A stretch of 64,000 nucleotides of DNA, taken from the NCBI GenBank assembly GCA_012026655.1, contig JAAILG010001274.1, positions 1 through 64,000 of the forward strand, given 5' to 3'. Below the pieces are notes generated by a model. The model had not been told where the DNA came from, made no database searches, and saw only the letters and a list, made by a program, of their open reading frames with translations. Source of the DNA: Hydrolagus affinis. Its lineage: Eukaryota. The position numbers and the translations under genes are program-made. Each line of letters opens with the position of its first letter. The stretch's first letter is position 1. Positions 46,976-60,023 of the stretch are shown here, piece after piece.

Positions 46976-47683
46976 AGATACATTGATCAATACCACATAC
47001 CCGTAGCTGCCCAATCTGTGACCAAAGAATGTAGAGATCAGTAGGTTCACTCCCAGTGTTCCTAATCGCAGCTCAATTTCTTCCATTTGCTGACACTTGT
47101 TCATGGGCTTTGGTCAGTCGCATCCAAACGAAAAGTAGCCAGAATTATATATAACTCTTGCAAGTTTATTCGCAATGGAATTGTGTCTCGGAGTTGACCT
47201 CTTTATAGGATCAATACAATAAGGAAATTTACTGCAAAGTGTCTGTCACAAGAATGTTATGAGGAAATAAATTGGTTTAGTTTTTCTTTTGATTTAATTG
47301 TGATCCCCAAACATTACTTAAAGGTGATGCTGCGCGTACAGAATCTTGAGAAGTAAACACAGCAGTGAAGCACAATTTAGATAATGTCGGACACTTAAAC
47401 GTATGTTTAATTTACCAGTTGATGGAAAGAGTTTACGAAATGGGAATATAACTAAATGAGAACATAGCGGTAGGTAGCGTACTGCGGCTTCGATTGAATT
47501 GTTCTTGCTTCAACAACTTAAGAGAAAGCCATCCTGGACCAATTTAGATTCATAGCACTTTCTATATCAGCACGTTTCTTAAGGAGTCCCTTTTGGTTCA
47601 ATCTCCATTTTGTTTGTCTGCGCTTTGCGTTCCATTTTGGTTTGTGCCACATCAGGAGCAGTGCCTAACAGACTGTCTTCGCT

Positions 47684-47880
47684 GTTTGTTTGTTTGTTTG
47701 TTAGTATGTCAGTGTTTGTTTGTTTGTCTGTTTGTTGGTATGTAGATCATGTTGGGGTTTGGGGTTTCCCGACCTGACTGTTCAGCCCTTTGGGACGTCC
47801 TCCCGACGTGAAAGGGACGATGTAAGTGCAATTTTGTTGTTGTTGTTTGTTGTTGTTGTATGTTTGTTAGTAGGTTTGTT
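47684..47880 (+). mobile_element. L2 tail embedded in a (TTTG)n-rich tract
   Basis: CCTGACTGTTCAGCCCTTTGGGACGTCCTCCCGACGTGAAAGG...(TTG)n, flanked by (GTTT)n. Confidence 0.8.
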
Positions 47881-48039
47881 TGTGCTGCTAATCTGTCACA
47901 GGGCAACAGTATGCAACAGGCAAAGGTTCCAATTAGGGTTGTCTTTCAACTGACATTGAACAGAAAAATGTTGTGAACCTCGATGACAGAATTCGCTGCC
48001 TGAATGAAACATTCATTTAAAGTTGATATTCTGCTCCCT

Positions 48040-48420
48040 TTACAAGCTATGTTATCATAGGATTGAGTTGAAGATCCTTGTCCTGATCTTCCCCAACTCC
48101 AACATGATCTCTCTTCACTTTTAACTGTTCTGTGCCAGCTTTACATTTCAGCCCATCTTTACTGACTTTGGTTTACTGCTAAAGTCTCTCTAGCTTCTCT
48201 CAATCATTGGTACCTGAGCCTCTATTCACTAGAGGCATCCAGAACACTCTTCCGAAACCACTTTGACTCATTTCCTCTCTCCTTGCATTGAGAAACATCC
48301 TAAACACTAATCTCCCTGAGCGTGCCTTTTGCCTTATTTTTTGCTCGGTGTCAACACCTATATTTGTCGAATGCGGACATTATTTTTTGTGTGAAAAGCA
48401 CCATATGAATGCAAGTACCG
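48040..48420 (+). mobile_element. L2 ORF2 C-terminal relic
   Basis: AGGATTGAGTTGAAGATCCTTGTCCTGATCTTC (RIELKILVLIF) and a degenerate tail GTGAAAAGCACCATATGAATGCAAG. Confidence 0.6.
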
Positions 48421-50129
48421 TACTTTCAAAGCTTCAACCTAGCTGAATTGTGTCATTTTTTTTTAGAAATGTTTGAATGTTAAAAAGGTTTTAGTCAAAG
48501 AGCAAAATGTATTCATGGTTGAAATAAAAAAAACGCTAATGCTGCACATTGAAAAGCGAATAGCAATTATGGTGGAAACAGATCGATGAAGACATACACC
48601 GGTGCAGAGTATGGAATAGCACAAAATATTATCTTTTGAAACCTGAAGTAGTTGATGGGGAAAGAGCTTTGATGGTCTCAGGGTTGTGAGTTTTTTTTAA
48701 AAAAAATTGAAAAAAGAAAGTTCTAAAATGGAAATTTGGCACTTAGCCTAGCTTTGAATTCTGTCACAGATCTGAATGAGTGAATACAAATTTAAAGATG
48801 ACCTGAGGTTACCGTGAATTCAATGAGAGTCTATTTGTACATATCTAGCGCAGATTCACATTTCCTGATTTTTTTAAAAAAAAGCCTATCCTGAAACATT
48901 AGCTTGTCTTTCACTCTCAGTTATTCATTGACCTCCAGTGGATTTTCAGCACTTTCTGCTTTTATTACAGATTTTCAGCATTTATTTCTTCTTTTCGTAT
49001 ATACACATATATATATATATATATGCAGTATATATAAATCTCTTTCTATTACGTTAACCAGCTCCCTGATGGGGCTTATTCAGAAATATGCAGTATGGAT
49101 AAATTATTATCAAGAGGAGAGGACATGAATAATGTAGAGATACCCTACCACAAATGCATAATGAGGAAACACCCTTTGTACCTTTCGAAATTCAATTTGT
49201 GACTAGTGCACAGTTAAAGAGGTTAAAGACAGCACTGTAATCCAACAGAAGAATAAAATGTTGTTTGTAGAAGGATTATTGTCTCGCGGCTTACAGCAAT
49301 ATGAGGTGATCTGACTGAATGCATCACTGAGCTCAGAAAGTACCATATTGATAATATGTGGAGATGTTTTAAAGTTCTCCAGGGAAATTGGTGCGACTGA
49401 GCATTAGCAAGCAACGAAGCTACACTTGAGGCCAATTTTCTATCGGTCACTGTGACAAGTTCCAAATATGTTAAAAGAGAAATGTCAGTCTTACATTGAT
49501 TTTTTTCAAAAAAAAAATTGGCTTCCCCCTGATGTATTGCTTTCTGAAAATAAGATTTATTCATCTTTATTCGTAACTTTCATAGAAACAGGTTACTTCT
49601 GCTGAAAGTTTCCAATAGATTGTTGAATACAATATCCCCCCCACACCCACTTTCCTCTTTCTTTCCTACCAACAAACCAAATGTCAGTGTGCCATTGTGT
49701 CCTCGTTTAGCAGCTAATTGAAAAGAGAAATTTATTTTTTTATCGGTGAAAATCGATTTTCAGTTTTGCTTTATTTTAATAAAAGGCCTGAGATAAATGA
49801 CTGACCATCCATCCCTCTCCTCTGCTCCAGTACCAGCACTTGTATTTAAAGAAGAATACGTTGAAAAATACTGTCATCTTGTTGAAAATCTCTGTAGAAC
49901 GTACAATTGGTTGCAAACAATACAAAATTACATTTGCATTTTGCCTTTCACACCGTGAGGACGTCTCAAGACATATTAATATTATCGATGGATATTTCAT
50001 GGAAGAATGGTGATGTGACAACCCTTATCTTTCCAATGGGAAAGCTGTCTGCTAGAGACCCGCTGTCTTTATTTACTGGTGTATTATTCAGTGGATCAGC
50101 AAGAAAATACCATGGGACAGATAGATAAC

Positions 50130-50240
50130 ATTGCTTGACACTGAGGCGAATTAATAACAGGAACAGGTTGGCAAGAAAATGTGGTTGAGGCCAGGATACT
50201 GGTCTCATTTAAGAAATGGTTTGTTGCTGATGAGGGAAGT
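50130..50240 (+). mobile_element. CR1 ORF2 C-terminal relic
   Basis: RINNRNRL / NVVEARILVSFKK, frameshifted. Confidence 0.6.
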
Positions 50241-51149
50241 TGGTTTATTCCCGGAAGCGTAAGATCGAATGTGTGGCGGAGTTTTCTTTGTCTGAAACAA
50301 ATTCTTGTGAACTTGTGGTCCAGTGAAGCATCCATGGCTTCTGCACCAATTGTTTCTAAGTCCAATTTTAATTGCGTTATTCTTTCCTGTGCGGACGCTC
50401 AGCCAACTGCACTGTGATCCAAAGCTGCACACAAATCACGGTCAACACCAAAGGTCATGTGGTAAATTTGTTGCAATTCCTTAAATAAACAGAACACACC
50501 TTGACATAGTTAATGACATTCAAGCCTTTGAAATATAGTTTCCCAAATCTGTGGTTCGTCTACATTCATCCACTTTTTGTTAGAATTTATTAAGATTAAA
50601 TGGTATTTCACGAGCATCATATTAAATGTTATGTGGATAGGTTTATTGACCTTATTGTACTCCAAGGAACATGTTTTACTACCTGCTGATATAAATATTC
50701 TTCTTCAGCTACAGATTAGATTGCTTGCCTGTGGCACTTACCAAGTCGTTCTTTTTGCTCTCAGTTTGTATATAATGTGTATATTTAATCAGTATGACAG
50801 TATAATTGCATACAGTGAAATGTTTAACCCTATTCTATAATATCTCACCGCAAAATAACTGCAAAATAACTGCTGTATCCAGATTTCAGCAAATAAATGC
50901 CTTAATGTATTTACAAATTAGAAAGAACTCAGTAGCTGATAGATTGTTCAACTCTTCAAATCATAGAAGGAATGGAATACAGCACCTTCACCATCAGACT
51001 ATGGACAATGGATATGTTGAGTGAAGTCTTCCTCACTTAGAGGAATTTTGAAAGCCAGTGTTTTCAAAATGTACAATCTGATGTATTAAACGTTTGAGCA
51101 CGAATCCATCAGCCCCGATATTCTGACAATGCAATAAACTATTGTTAGC

Positions 51150-51370
51150 ACTATATGGTCTTAGGTTAAAGTGTTTGGATTTGGGACCGACAGTGAAATG
51201 AGGGACGATACGATGACAGTCTTTAAAGATTCCGAAAGAGATGGTGGAACCAGAAAATATTGTTTGTTTCAAGAATTTCTACTAGAAAATAATACAGTGT
51301 CTGGTGATAGTGGAAGGTGAACTAGATGGACCTTGGTCTTCTTTCGCCAGCAAATTCTTATAGTTCTTTT
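51150..51370 (+). mobile_element. CR1 relic with 3' tail
   Basis: TGAGGGACGATACGATGACAGTCTTTAAAG and GGAAGGTGAACTAGATGGACCTTGGTC...AAATTCTTATAGTTCT. Confidence 0.55.
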
Positions 51371-52399
51371 GAAACGGCAAATAGGGTAGGCAACATTTTG
51401 TCCAAATGCCGAAATAAAGCAGAATTTATTGTCCCCGATTTGCATCTGATAGGAATTGCATTCAAGATAAAATAATGGTGAAATCATTTACACTTAAGAG
51501 GTGTTGTAATGTATGATAATTATTTCAATTCAATTAGCACATAGTCACTCTAACACATGAAAGTGTCCCTGTAATGCTGGTGAAAGGAACCAAAGTAGTT
51601 TCATTAACAGATTTATAAATCACACAGAAACATGGTGACCGAGAAACCTGAAGCCCGATTATAGAATTCGACAATTGTGATTTGAACGTTTGTTAATATA
51701 TTTCTGTTAATGTACAAACTCATAAGAATGCAGTGAATGAACGATATCTGAATAGGAAGCCATTCAACAGTCCATCGCCACTCACGCATGGTGCCGAACG
51801 TTATGTTTTGGCATTGTTAAGCGTAGAGTGTACTTTTAGTCCGAGCCACCCCAGTGATATTATAGCGCTCTCTGGGCTACGACATTTCAAAGAGTTTTAT
51901 CTTTTATACTGGACCCAACACAGCACAGCTGCAATAATGAAGCCTGGAAGAGCTGCAGCAATTAAACCAAAGTAAACTTGGCTGCTCTACAGTGCGATCT
52001 TTATGCCAAATCTATGATGCTACAGTACAGTTATAGGTATTTTTGCCGGGTGGAGAAATTATCATGTAAACAAAGGAATAAGAATTCTAATCATGTATTC
52101 ACTCTGAACACATCTGGCAGAAGATCCCCGAACTCTTAGCCAGAGGTTCATGTGAGTTCAAGTCATTGTCTTGCAGTTATTGGACTTAATTTTTCCAGGT
52201 CCCTGTTGTTCTGCTAGATAGAGGATCAGGACTGTATCCTATGGGACAGAAAGCTGTGCCACTACTACAACAACAACAGTAAAATTACATTTATAGAGCC
52301 ATTGCTGCCTTTCACATGAGGATAAGACCAATTTGGACTCTGACCTTCTCCATGGCTGTCACCCAAACTAAGGCCTTGAAAGCCTTATCTTTCAAGGCT

Positions 52400-52565
52400 T
52401 AATAATAATAAGCCTTGCATTTGATATAGTGCTTTTCACGTCTGGTTGATTGTGTCTCAAAGCGCTTCACAGAATATACTATAAAGTGAATTGACTGTTT
52501 GTGGGTGAAATGCGGCAACCAATTTGCGCACAACAGTGTCCCACAAACAGTCATGGATTGAAATG
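52400..52565 (-). mobile_element. SINE 3' part
   Basis: (AAT)n GCCTTGCATTTGATATAG...CCCACAAACAGTCATGGATTGAAATG. Confidence 0.88.
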
Positions 52566-53535
52566 TTTGTTTAATGTTTGTTCATTGTCAAAGGTTGAGT
52601 GTCCAGGAAACGCTTTCCTTCCCAAAAAACACTCATTAAAAAAACACACACAGTGCCCACAACCACGTTTGCTATGTGGAGATGATTTATTAAAGCAATA
52701 TTCAAATTCTGGGCACAAATTAAAAAAAAATTATTAGGTTTGTTTCCAATAGTGATTGAGTAATATTTATTCAGTGTGTCATCTACGTCTGTACACATTC
52801 AGGCAAGTTCATGGCAGGACAACTCCTGCCATGTCTGAATCCCAAACACTGATAATGTTTGATTTGTATGTATTGTACAGTTTTCTTTTGTAAAACAAAA
52901 ATCCTATAAAGACTTTGTACTGACAAAAACATAGCTTTATCTGTGTTATCAGGCTGCCACTGGTGAAATAGTCATTTTGGGATGAATTTGTGTTGTCAGT
53001 ACAAACAAACTTTAGTTAGATTATCTCAGTTTGTGTGTACAGCAACAGAGGACTGAACTCCAGATTTCATCTGAAAGGAATGACAATGGAAAAGATACAT
53101 TTTATTAGACCCGCCATGTTATCAGGTAAAATCACATGATAAAATCTGGCAAACTGAGTTTGGATTTATATATTTTCTCCTCGCAAAGTAAATCTCGGTG
53201 CCCTGAACATTTGATTCACTGCTTCCTGAAGCAGGTTGGCATTTTATAGCAGCTTCATTGTATCCACACTCCTGTCATATTTGATCATATTTACAGGAGT
53301 ATAAGAACTTGTTGTTTTCAACATGAAGATTTAATTTCTTTGATGTGAATGAAACGGAAATTAAAATTTTTGACAACCTTATAATGACATCCAGAAATAG
53401 ATGCGCTGTGTGGTGTGTGACATATTCATCCATTGGAGACATTTTTAAGCACCTGGTTTCCACTGTCAGAATTCATGTGGCAAAGCTTTCAGCAAAACAT
53501 CAATCAACCTCATCAACTAGCACTGTATTTATATG

Positions 53536-53706
53536 ATAATAATAGTCCTTGCATTTGATGTAGCGCCTTATTAACGTCTTCGAAACATCTCAAAGCGCTT
53601 CACAGAGTATATTGTGACTGTACGTTTTGTGGGGGTGATACACGGCAGCCAATTATGCACGGCAGTGCCCCACAAACAACCGTGGATTAAGTGACCAAAT
53701 TATTAT
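53536..53706 (-). mobile_element. SINE 3' part with long-variant diagnostics
   Basis: GCGCCTTAT and GGATTAAGTGACC. Confidence 0.85.
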
Positions 53707-53797
53707 CAATTCATTTATTATTGTCATTTTTTTTCTTGGGGAATCACCGATTGGTTTGGCCAGTGGTTCGCCAAAAGTGTAAGTGGAAACGGGACGG

Positions 53798-53917
53798 GTT
53801 TCCCACTAAATATACAGTCAATTAACTTTACAGTATATTCTGTGAAGCTCTAAGTGATGTCTGGAAGACGTGAAAAGTGCTATATCAAATGCAAGGATTA
53901 TTATTTTTTATTATTAT
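53798..53917 (+). mobile_element. SINE 3' fragment
   Basis: AAATATACAGTCAATT...GTGAAAAGTGCTATATCAAATGCAAGG. Confidence 0.85.
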
Positions 53918-55214
53918 AAATGCAGTGTGTGTAAATTCCACTGGCCTGGTTCACTTGTGGTCTGTTGAAAACTCTTAAGCTGTTTGAAGGAAACTCTCGG
54001 AAATTTGGTTGTGAGTTGATTCCTTGACTCTCTCTTTACCTGTGTCGATCAATACTGTCATACCTTCACCCAACCTCAGTCTTGTGCTGTTGTGCTGAAC
54101 CTGTAGCCCTGCTGCTTTTCAAGGGGCAAAACCCTTTTGTGCACAGTAACCACACGAGACGTGGGATAACCAGGACACTGGGACACACAACTGCCAAACC
54201 ATCAGGAAAAGATCAAATCTCAGGGGTAGAGAGAGAGAGAGTCACTGCAGAGCCAGTGTCATACTGGGACTGCTGGAGAGATCGTGTCAGAGGAGGTGGG
54301 GGCTATTCAGGGTGAAAGCTATTGAGCGTTGTCAAATGATAGGAAAAGGGACCCGGGTCTGTGCTGGAGATGCCTTTGTTTGCTTTTGGCTGTGAAGGTC
54401 ACAGCTGCTTTGAACTAATTCCTATTGGATTGTTTCAGTCGTTTGCCTGGGGTATCTTGGGTATTAGCCCACAGAGACATGTGCACCTCGGTCGGTACAA
54501 GATGTAGTGATGCAGTGTTCTGTAGGGGTTCAGGCCAGGCCCATGGAGCCTCCAGATCAATAACTGCAGACCGTTCTTCACCATTTGTGACTTTGTCAAC
54601 GTTTCGGGTGTCATTGATTAGCCGCTTTGAGCAGGTCAAGGTGAGCACACACTGGTGAGCTACATGAACCCCAATGGATTTTTTCCGTTGATATGCAGGT
54701 GATCTGTGAAGCATAAGAAAGCGATATGTTTCAGTCGGTGTACAATTCGCAGGATTAACAGATGACTCTGTCATCTTCAGCTGCAATGAAAGCCGGCAAG
54801 ACCGGTGCTCGGAGAAAAGCCGGAGATTAAAATGCAGGCTGCCTGCCGTGTGACTGTCTCAGAAACAAGTTCTTCACCCACGTGCTCACTGGCAAATAAA
54901 TTGTTTCCAAGGTGCACGCACTCGAGAATCGTTTGCTGCGAACAAATTGATTTTAATGAGTTGTCGGGGTTTTGAGATGCAGGATTATTGCTTGAAGATT
55001 CCAAGGCGTAGTAACGCCCGGTTCCCTAATGAAATTCTTCTCTGGCCAACGTCACAAATGTCGGTCCTGGAGAAAGAAGCATTGTTCCACTCGGACAGCC
55101 CGTGCCAGCATTGGCAAAGAGCGTGCAGAGCTGCGTTCCACCTTAACACTTTACTTCTGATCTGAAAAGAGTATTTCTCCTTGTTCTCCTCTCATTATCA
55201 GCCCCAAACATCCA

Positions 55215-55445
55215 TATGGCTTCCGAACAAAATTTGCCAATTAATCCTGAACCCGCTTTTCTTTCTACAATGGATTTCTTCTCACCTGGAAGGAGCTGGG
55301 TGAAGACTGCTCAGATTCCTTTACATTGTAGCTTTAAGGGAAAAGTGGAGACTGTAATCTCATCGCTATGGGGTTGGATTCAAGCCCAGGTCCCAGAGGT
55401 GAAAGGACAGTGTGTGAAGCCAGTTTTCCATTCGAGTTCCCAGCT
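55215..55445 (-). mobile_element. LF-SINE-like ancient SINE, 5' half
   Basis: minus strand GGGAACTCGAATGG...CCTTTCACCTCTGGGACCTGGGCTTGAATCCAACCC...ATGTAAAGGAATCTGAGCAGTCTTCACCCAGCTCCT...TAATTGGCAAATTTTGTT, collinear with the LF-SINE consensus as I recall it. Confidence 0.55.
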
Positions 55446-56033
55446 TTAAATGTTGCCTGAGCTGTTGCCGTTTGTGGATAAATTTCTGTGCAGATTCCAT
55501 TCCGTGAAAGAAAAAAGAAAATCAGTTTCATTATTTAAGAGGAATGATGTCAGTCCCTTTTTTTTCAGAAATGCTTAGTGTGCCGCGGCACCACTTATTC
55601 ATTATTCTTTCAAGTGTCATGGCAACCTACCTTTCCTAAATAAGTGCTCTGATTAGAGAAATGAAAAACAGCCGAGAAACATTCAGTGCAAAAGAATGAC
55701 ACAAAATGAAAGAAATTGCTTGGGCCGCAGTGAGGGGTTGAGTTCTGTACAAAGATTATGAGTGTGCGCCATTTGGTGACTCCCGTGAAAAAACAGAGAA
55801 AGCATGACAATTAGCCTCTGGGTCTAATCACAGACCTGGTTCCCTCATTAAAATGTTCCCTCGTTTACAAACAAAAAAGGGTTTTGTGCAAACCGCAGAA
55901 CAAAATCTTCGCTTGAAAGCTTTCCAGTTCAGGAGTTCCCAATTATTAGCTTCAAGAGGCCGGATGTCACGACTTTGGTGATAATCCTCCTGTAAGGGCC
56001 AGGCTCGATGAAAGCACCACCACTACAGTAGAC

Positions 56034-56253
56034 TACAACAATAATAATAATCCTTGCATTTGGATATAGCGCTTTTCACATCTTCTAGACGTCTCAAAGC
56101 GCTTCACAGAATGTACTGTAAAGTGAATTGACTGCACATTTGCAGGCGAAACGAGGCAGCCAATTGCGCATAGCAGCGTCCCCACAAACAGTCGTGGATT
56201 GAAATGACCAATTTATTATAGGTTTTTTATGGATGGATTAATATTATTATGGC
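56034..56253 (-). mobile_element. 5'-truncated SINE ending just past the internal (AAT)n
   Basis: clean tail and Deu-like body. Confidence 0.9.
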
Positions 56254-56584
56254 AAGACCACAGGGTGCTCCACATGAAAAGTGGGCTGGAAAAGCACCAC
56301 GTTATGCAGTTTGATTTTGACCGAAGTAAGAAATATAATTATATTTTATGTTCACGCTGTGTGAAAAGAAGCCACTTTCAAAGTCACTTTCAGTGCCTTC
56401 CCACAGTCAGATATCAACACAGCAGCTAGTTATACAACATGTTGGGTAGGACAGGCTGAGGTGATTGCAACTGATCAGGAAGTCTAAAAAACTGTTAAAA
56501 TAACTTTCAAAATGCAAAGCAGAAATGCTCACAGATATGTTTTTGTTTTGTGAACCTCGGTATAATTTTATTCTTTATAATGCT

Positions 56585-56687
56585 CTATGACGTGCTTTGC
56601 GACGTCTTGAAGATGTGGTAATGCACTCTCTAATAAATCTAAGGATTATTATTATTATGTGCAAGGATTATTGCTATTATTATTATG
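56585..56687 (+). mobile_element. SINE tail with a duplicated AAGG(ATT)n end
   Basis: GTGCTTTGCGACGTCTTGAAGATGTGG...AAGGATTATTATTATTATGTGCAAGGATTATT. Confidence 0.65.
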
Positions 56688-57755
56688 TGCGAGGAAAACA
56701 AATAACCGAAGGGAGATCAGATTATTCTGAGATGTATTGATTGATGCATCATGGGATTCCGGATAATTTTTATATCAAACAAGACTGTCATACGCTGTTT
56801 TTATTAAAAATGCTCTAACAAGATCATACGTAAACCCATTTGCAGCTCCGTCAAAATATCAATGCATTTGCCTAGTTCCGGGGCTTGGTATTTTTATTCT
56901 TGGAAGCTATAATTTTTATGTATTTTCATTAAAATTCCTTCGAGATACAGAAGTTGCACAAAATCTGCTTCGATTTTGTGTGACTTAATTGTATATTATT
57001 GCCGTGGACCATTCAATAAAAATGCTAATTTTGATGGCTGATCTGGTTTTAAATGAGTGGAAATTGGTTTGATACCATAGATTTCTACTTTATGCTGAAC
57101 AATTGAGTTTAGCCCATTTGCTCAGAATGTGTAGTGAGTGGTTCACTAGAGTTTAGGGCACAGTGGAGGGATTATTGAAGCAGGTATTAGCGAAATTATC
57201 CTATTATAAATGTGGCCAAGTACTTCAAAACTGCATTAAGTTTGATGGGAGAAAACGCAGCTTTTTTTTGCATAAGTTTGTGCTTTCTACAGACAAGGTC
57301 AGTGGCAGGTGATAATGTGCTACATTGATGACTATTTAGGGAGGTGTATTGCGTATCGGTGAGAATTATTTAGGATTATGTTTAGATATCACAGCGGGTT
57401 ATTATTTGGTATCAATGCATTTGGCCAATCCAGCTACTGATCCTTGTATTTAAGTTAATTCCTTCATCGCCACTTGCTGAATAGGAATATCTTATCGGTC
57501 TGTGGCAGCCCGGAGGCATAACATACACCATAATCTGAATGTTTTGTAGCAAAAATTAGATTAAATATTGCCCATTTTTTAAATCAATTGTCGTGAAGCT
57601 GGAGCAAATTGCCTTTACCAATGTCCCGACGTTTTCTTGCGGGTCGGCCGAATGTCTGATCATCATTGCCTAAGAGTCTCCAAACCAAACTGAGATTTTC
57701 ATTCAACCCACCTCAACATGGCAATTCCTGAGATAGATTGTTGAAAAGGGAATGA

Positions 57756-57787
<32 letters not shown>
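57756..57787. repeat. (CT)n microsatellite
   Basis: direct reading. Confidence 0.9.
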
Positions 57788-58295
57788 ACTGGAGGGACAC
57801 TTCCTGCTCACTCAATTCCAGAAAGTATTAGGCTCAATATTATCCTTTTACGCTCATTAATATCTACTGCATTTTTATCAGTTTTACCCGAGACCCTCCC
57901 TACCCCACTGCCGATTGTTGTTGTAATGCTCGATGAATTTAACAATATCTGTGATTGATTGTGAGGTTACTATGCTACTTTTGCCAAATACCCTTCAATG
58001 TTCAAACTTGTTTTGGAATGTGCTGCTTTTGAGTTGACCAGCACTACCCCGAGTTTCAGTTCCACATTTCCTCTCGATTCAGGCGTGAAGCACTTCCTTG
58101 CTGCTGAGAATTGTTATCACAGTAAGGTTAGCCAAGATACGTTTTTGCAGAAGGAAGAAACACACATCAAGATGCCCATCGGGCCTTTCTTAACAGGGAG
58201 TGTTGAAGAATGAGTAAATGTACAATTGACCTAACATACGGTGCGGTGCGTATTTTCATTTTTCTACCTCTAGCGAAACCGGCAATTAGTTCATT

Positions 58296-58608
58296 TGGAG
58301 TCCTGCAGCTCAGTGGTTAGAGCACTTGCCTTACAAGGGTGAGATCTGTGTTTTAATACAGGCAGGGCAAAACCTTGGGCAAGTAAAGAAACTCCACATG
58401 CCTAATAGTAATCCCTCAAACAAAATTTATAAATTGGTCATTTCAATCCTCGGCTGATTGTGGGACACTGCTTTGTGCAATTGGCTGCCGTAGTTAGCCC
58501 ACAAATATACATTCAGTTCACTTTACAGTATATTCCGTGAAGCTCTTTGAGACGTCTAGAAGACATGAAAAGCGCTAAATCAAATGCAAGGATTATTATA
58601 TTATTATT
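58296..58608 (+). mobile_element. Full-length SINE, short variant
   Basis: TGGAGTCCTGCAGCTCAGTGGTTAGAGCAC...AAATGCAAGGATTATT. Confidence 0.9.
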
Positions 58609-58927
58609 GTACAAAACTTACAGGTTGTCTCTTTGTTTGCTTCGATCTCTGTTTACGATTCATTCTCTTCAAATTTGATGAAACCTGTCGGAGAGATACT
58701 CTCAGAATCTTCTGCGTCAAATGTTCTCCCAAGGTTAGGATTGCTTATCATTCTACACTGTCAAACTGGCACTTGTATGGTATAGCGCCTTCCATTTAGA
58801 GCCCAGGGTTTGACAGATATAATGGGAACACCAAACAGTGAAAAGAGGAGATGTAAGGAAGTTGCCACAGCTGAAGAGATATGTTTCTAACAGAGCTTTA
58901 AGGGCAAGGGGAGAGGGAGCAATACCA

Positions 58928-58990
58928 ATTTTGTGAAGCGATTTGAGATGTCTCAACGAGGTGATGAAGTGCTTGATCAAATGCAGGGAG
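58928..58990 (+). mobile_element. SINE tail
   Basis: TGTGAAGCGATTTGAGATGTCTC...GTGCTTGATCAAATGCAGGG. Confidence 0.65.
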
Positions 58991-59957
58991 TATAAAGAGA
59001 CTGCGGAACGGAGTTCTGGAGAAGGGTGGATTGGTTAGTCGCTCGGCAGGTTTGGCAGGTTTGGAGACAGAAACTTGCTAACAATCAAGGGAAGAGGGTA
59101 GAAATCAGGATCAAGAGCTATGTTGATAACAATCGCTTGTTTATTTTAGTTGATTGATTGGTAAACACATTTTATGTGCAATATTGCAGTATTTAGAAAG
59201 TAGATTGCTGAAACAGTAGTCATATGTTTACATAGTTTCATATTCATGCTAATAGTGGATTAAAAGATATATATTTGAATTTTTTTAAAACGGAACATTA
59301 TCTCTGCTACCCGGAGGTGAGTAACAATGGCAATTATTTCAGACTAACTCTCTGAGATGTGCTAATGTCTCAGTACGAATTGGTGTAAATTGGAAATGAC
59401 ATCTCCTGAAACTGAACCTAACATAAAACAACGACAACAGGATTACATTTGTAATATAGTGTAATTTGCAGCGTAATAAATTTACATTGTGATGAAGTGG
59501 ATACATCATCTATGTTAACCTTTTTTGACTAAAAGTGCTTGGGACCTAGTAACTTTTTTCTTTGAACATGTAGGCTAGTTTGGCAGATTGATGATAGAAT
59601 TGTAATATTAGCTACTATATTAAGCTTACTGAAAGTCCTTCATTGGAACAGAGTGATCCCTTTTAGGGTTTTGAAATATCATAACTTCAACACACCTTGT
59701 TTACCTTAGTCATTTCATCAGCAACACATCTAGCAAGCTCGACAAGGGGATGCCAAGCTTTAGTTGGTGCTCGATAGTGATTTTAACTTAAAACAATGTC
59801 ATACTTTTACCCCCAAATAGTTGGACTGATGAATCCTCAACATTGAAAACTGCAATTGAAGTCGCGGATACAAGTTGTGTTGAGGGGATGGTCACAGTCT
59901 ACTGTTAAACTCTTAGTGTTATGGGTCATAAAATCTTGTGTGAAGTTGTAATATATA

Positions 59958-60023
59958 TAATAATAATACTTGCATTCGATATAGCGCTTTCCAGGTCTTC
60001 TAGACGCCTCAAAGCGCTTCACA
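59958..60023 (-). mobile_element. SINE tail
   Basis: AATAATACTTGCATTCGATATAGCGCTTTCCAGGTCTTCTAGACGCCTCAAAGCGCTTCAC. Confidence 0.85.

Noticed and set aside
52373-52398. 10-bp hairpin GCCTTGAAAG/CTTTCAAGGC as a terminator
   Set aside because: Intrinsic terminators do not apply to this eukaryotic context; it is probably a by-product at a SINE tail junction
54415-54786. 123-aa minus-strand ORF
   Set aside because: No recognisable motif or convincing splice boundaries; cannot be supported without a homology search
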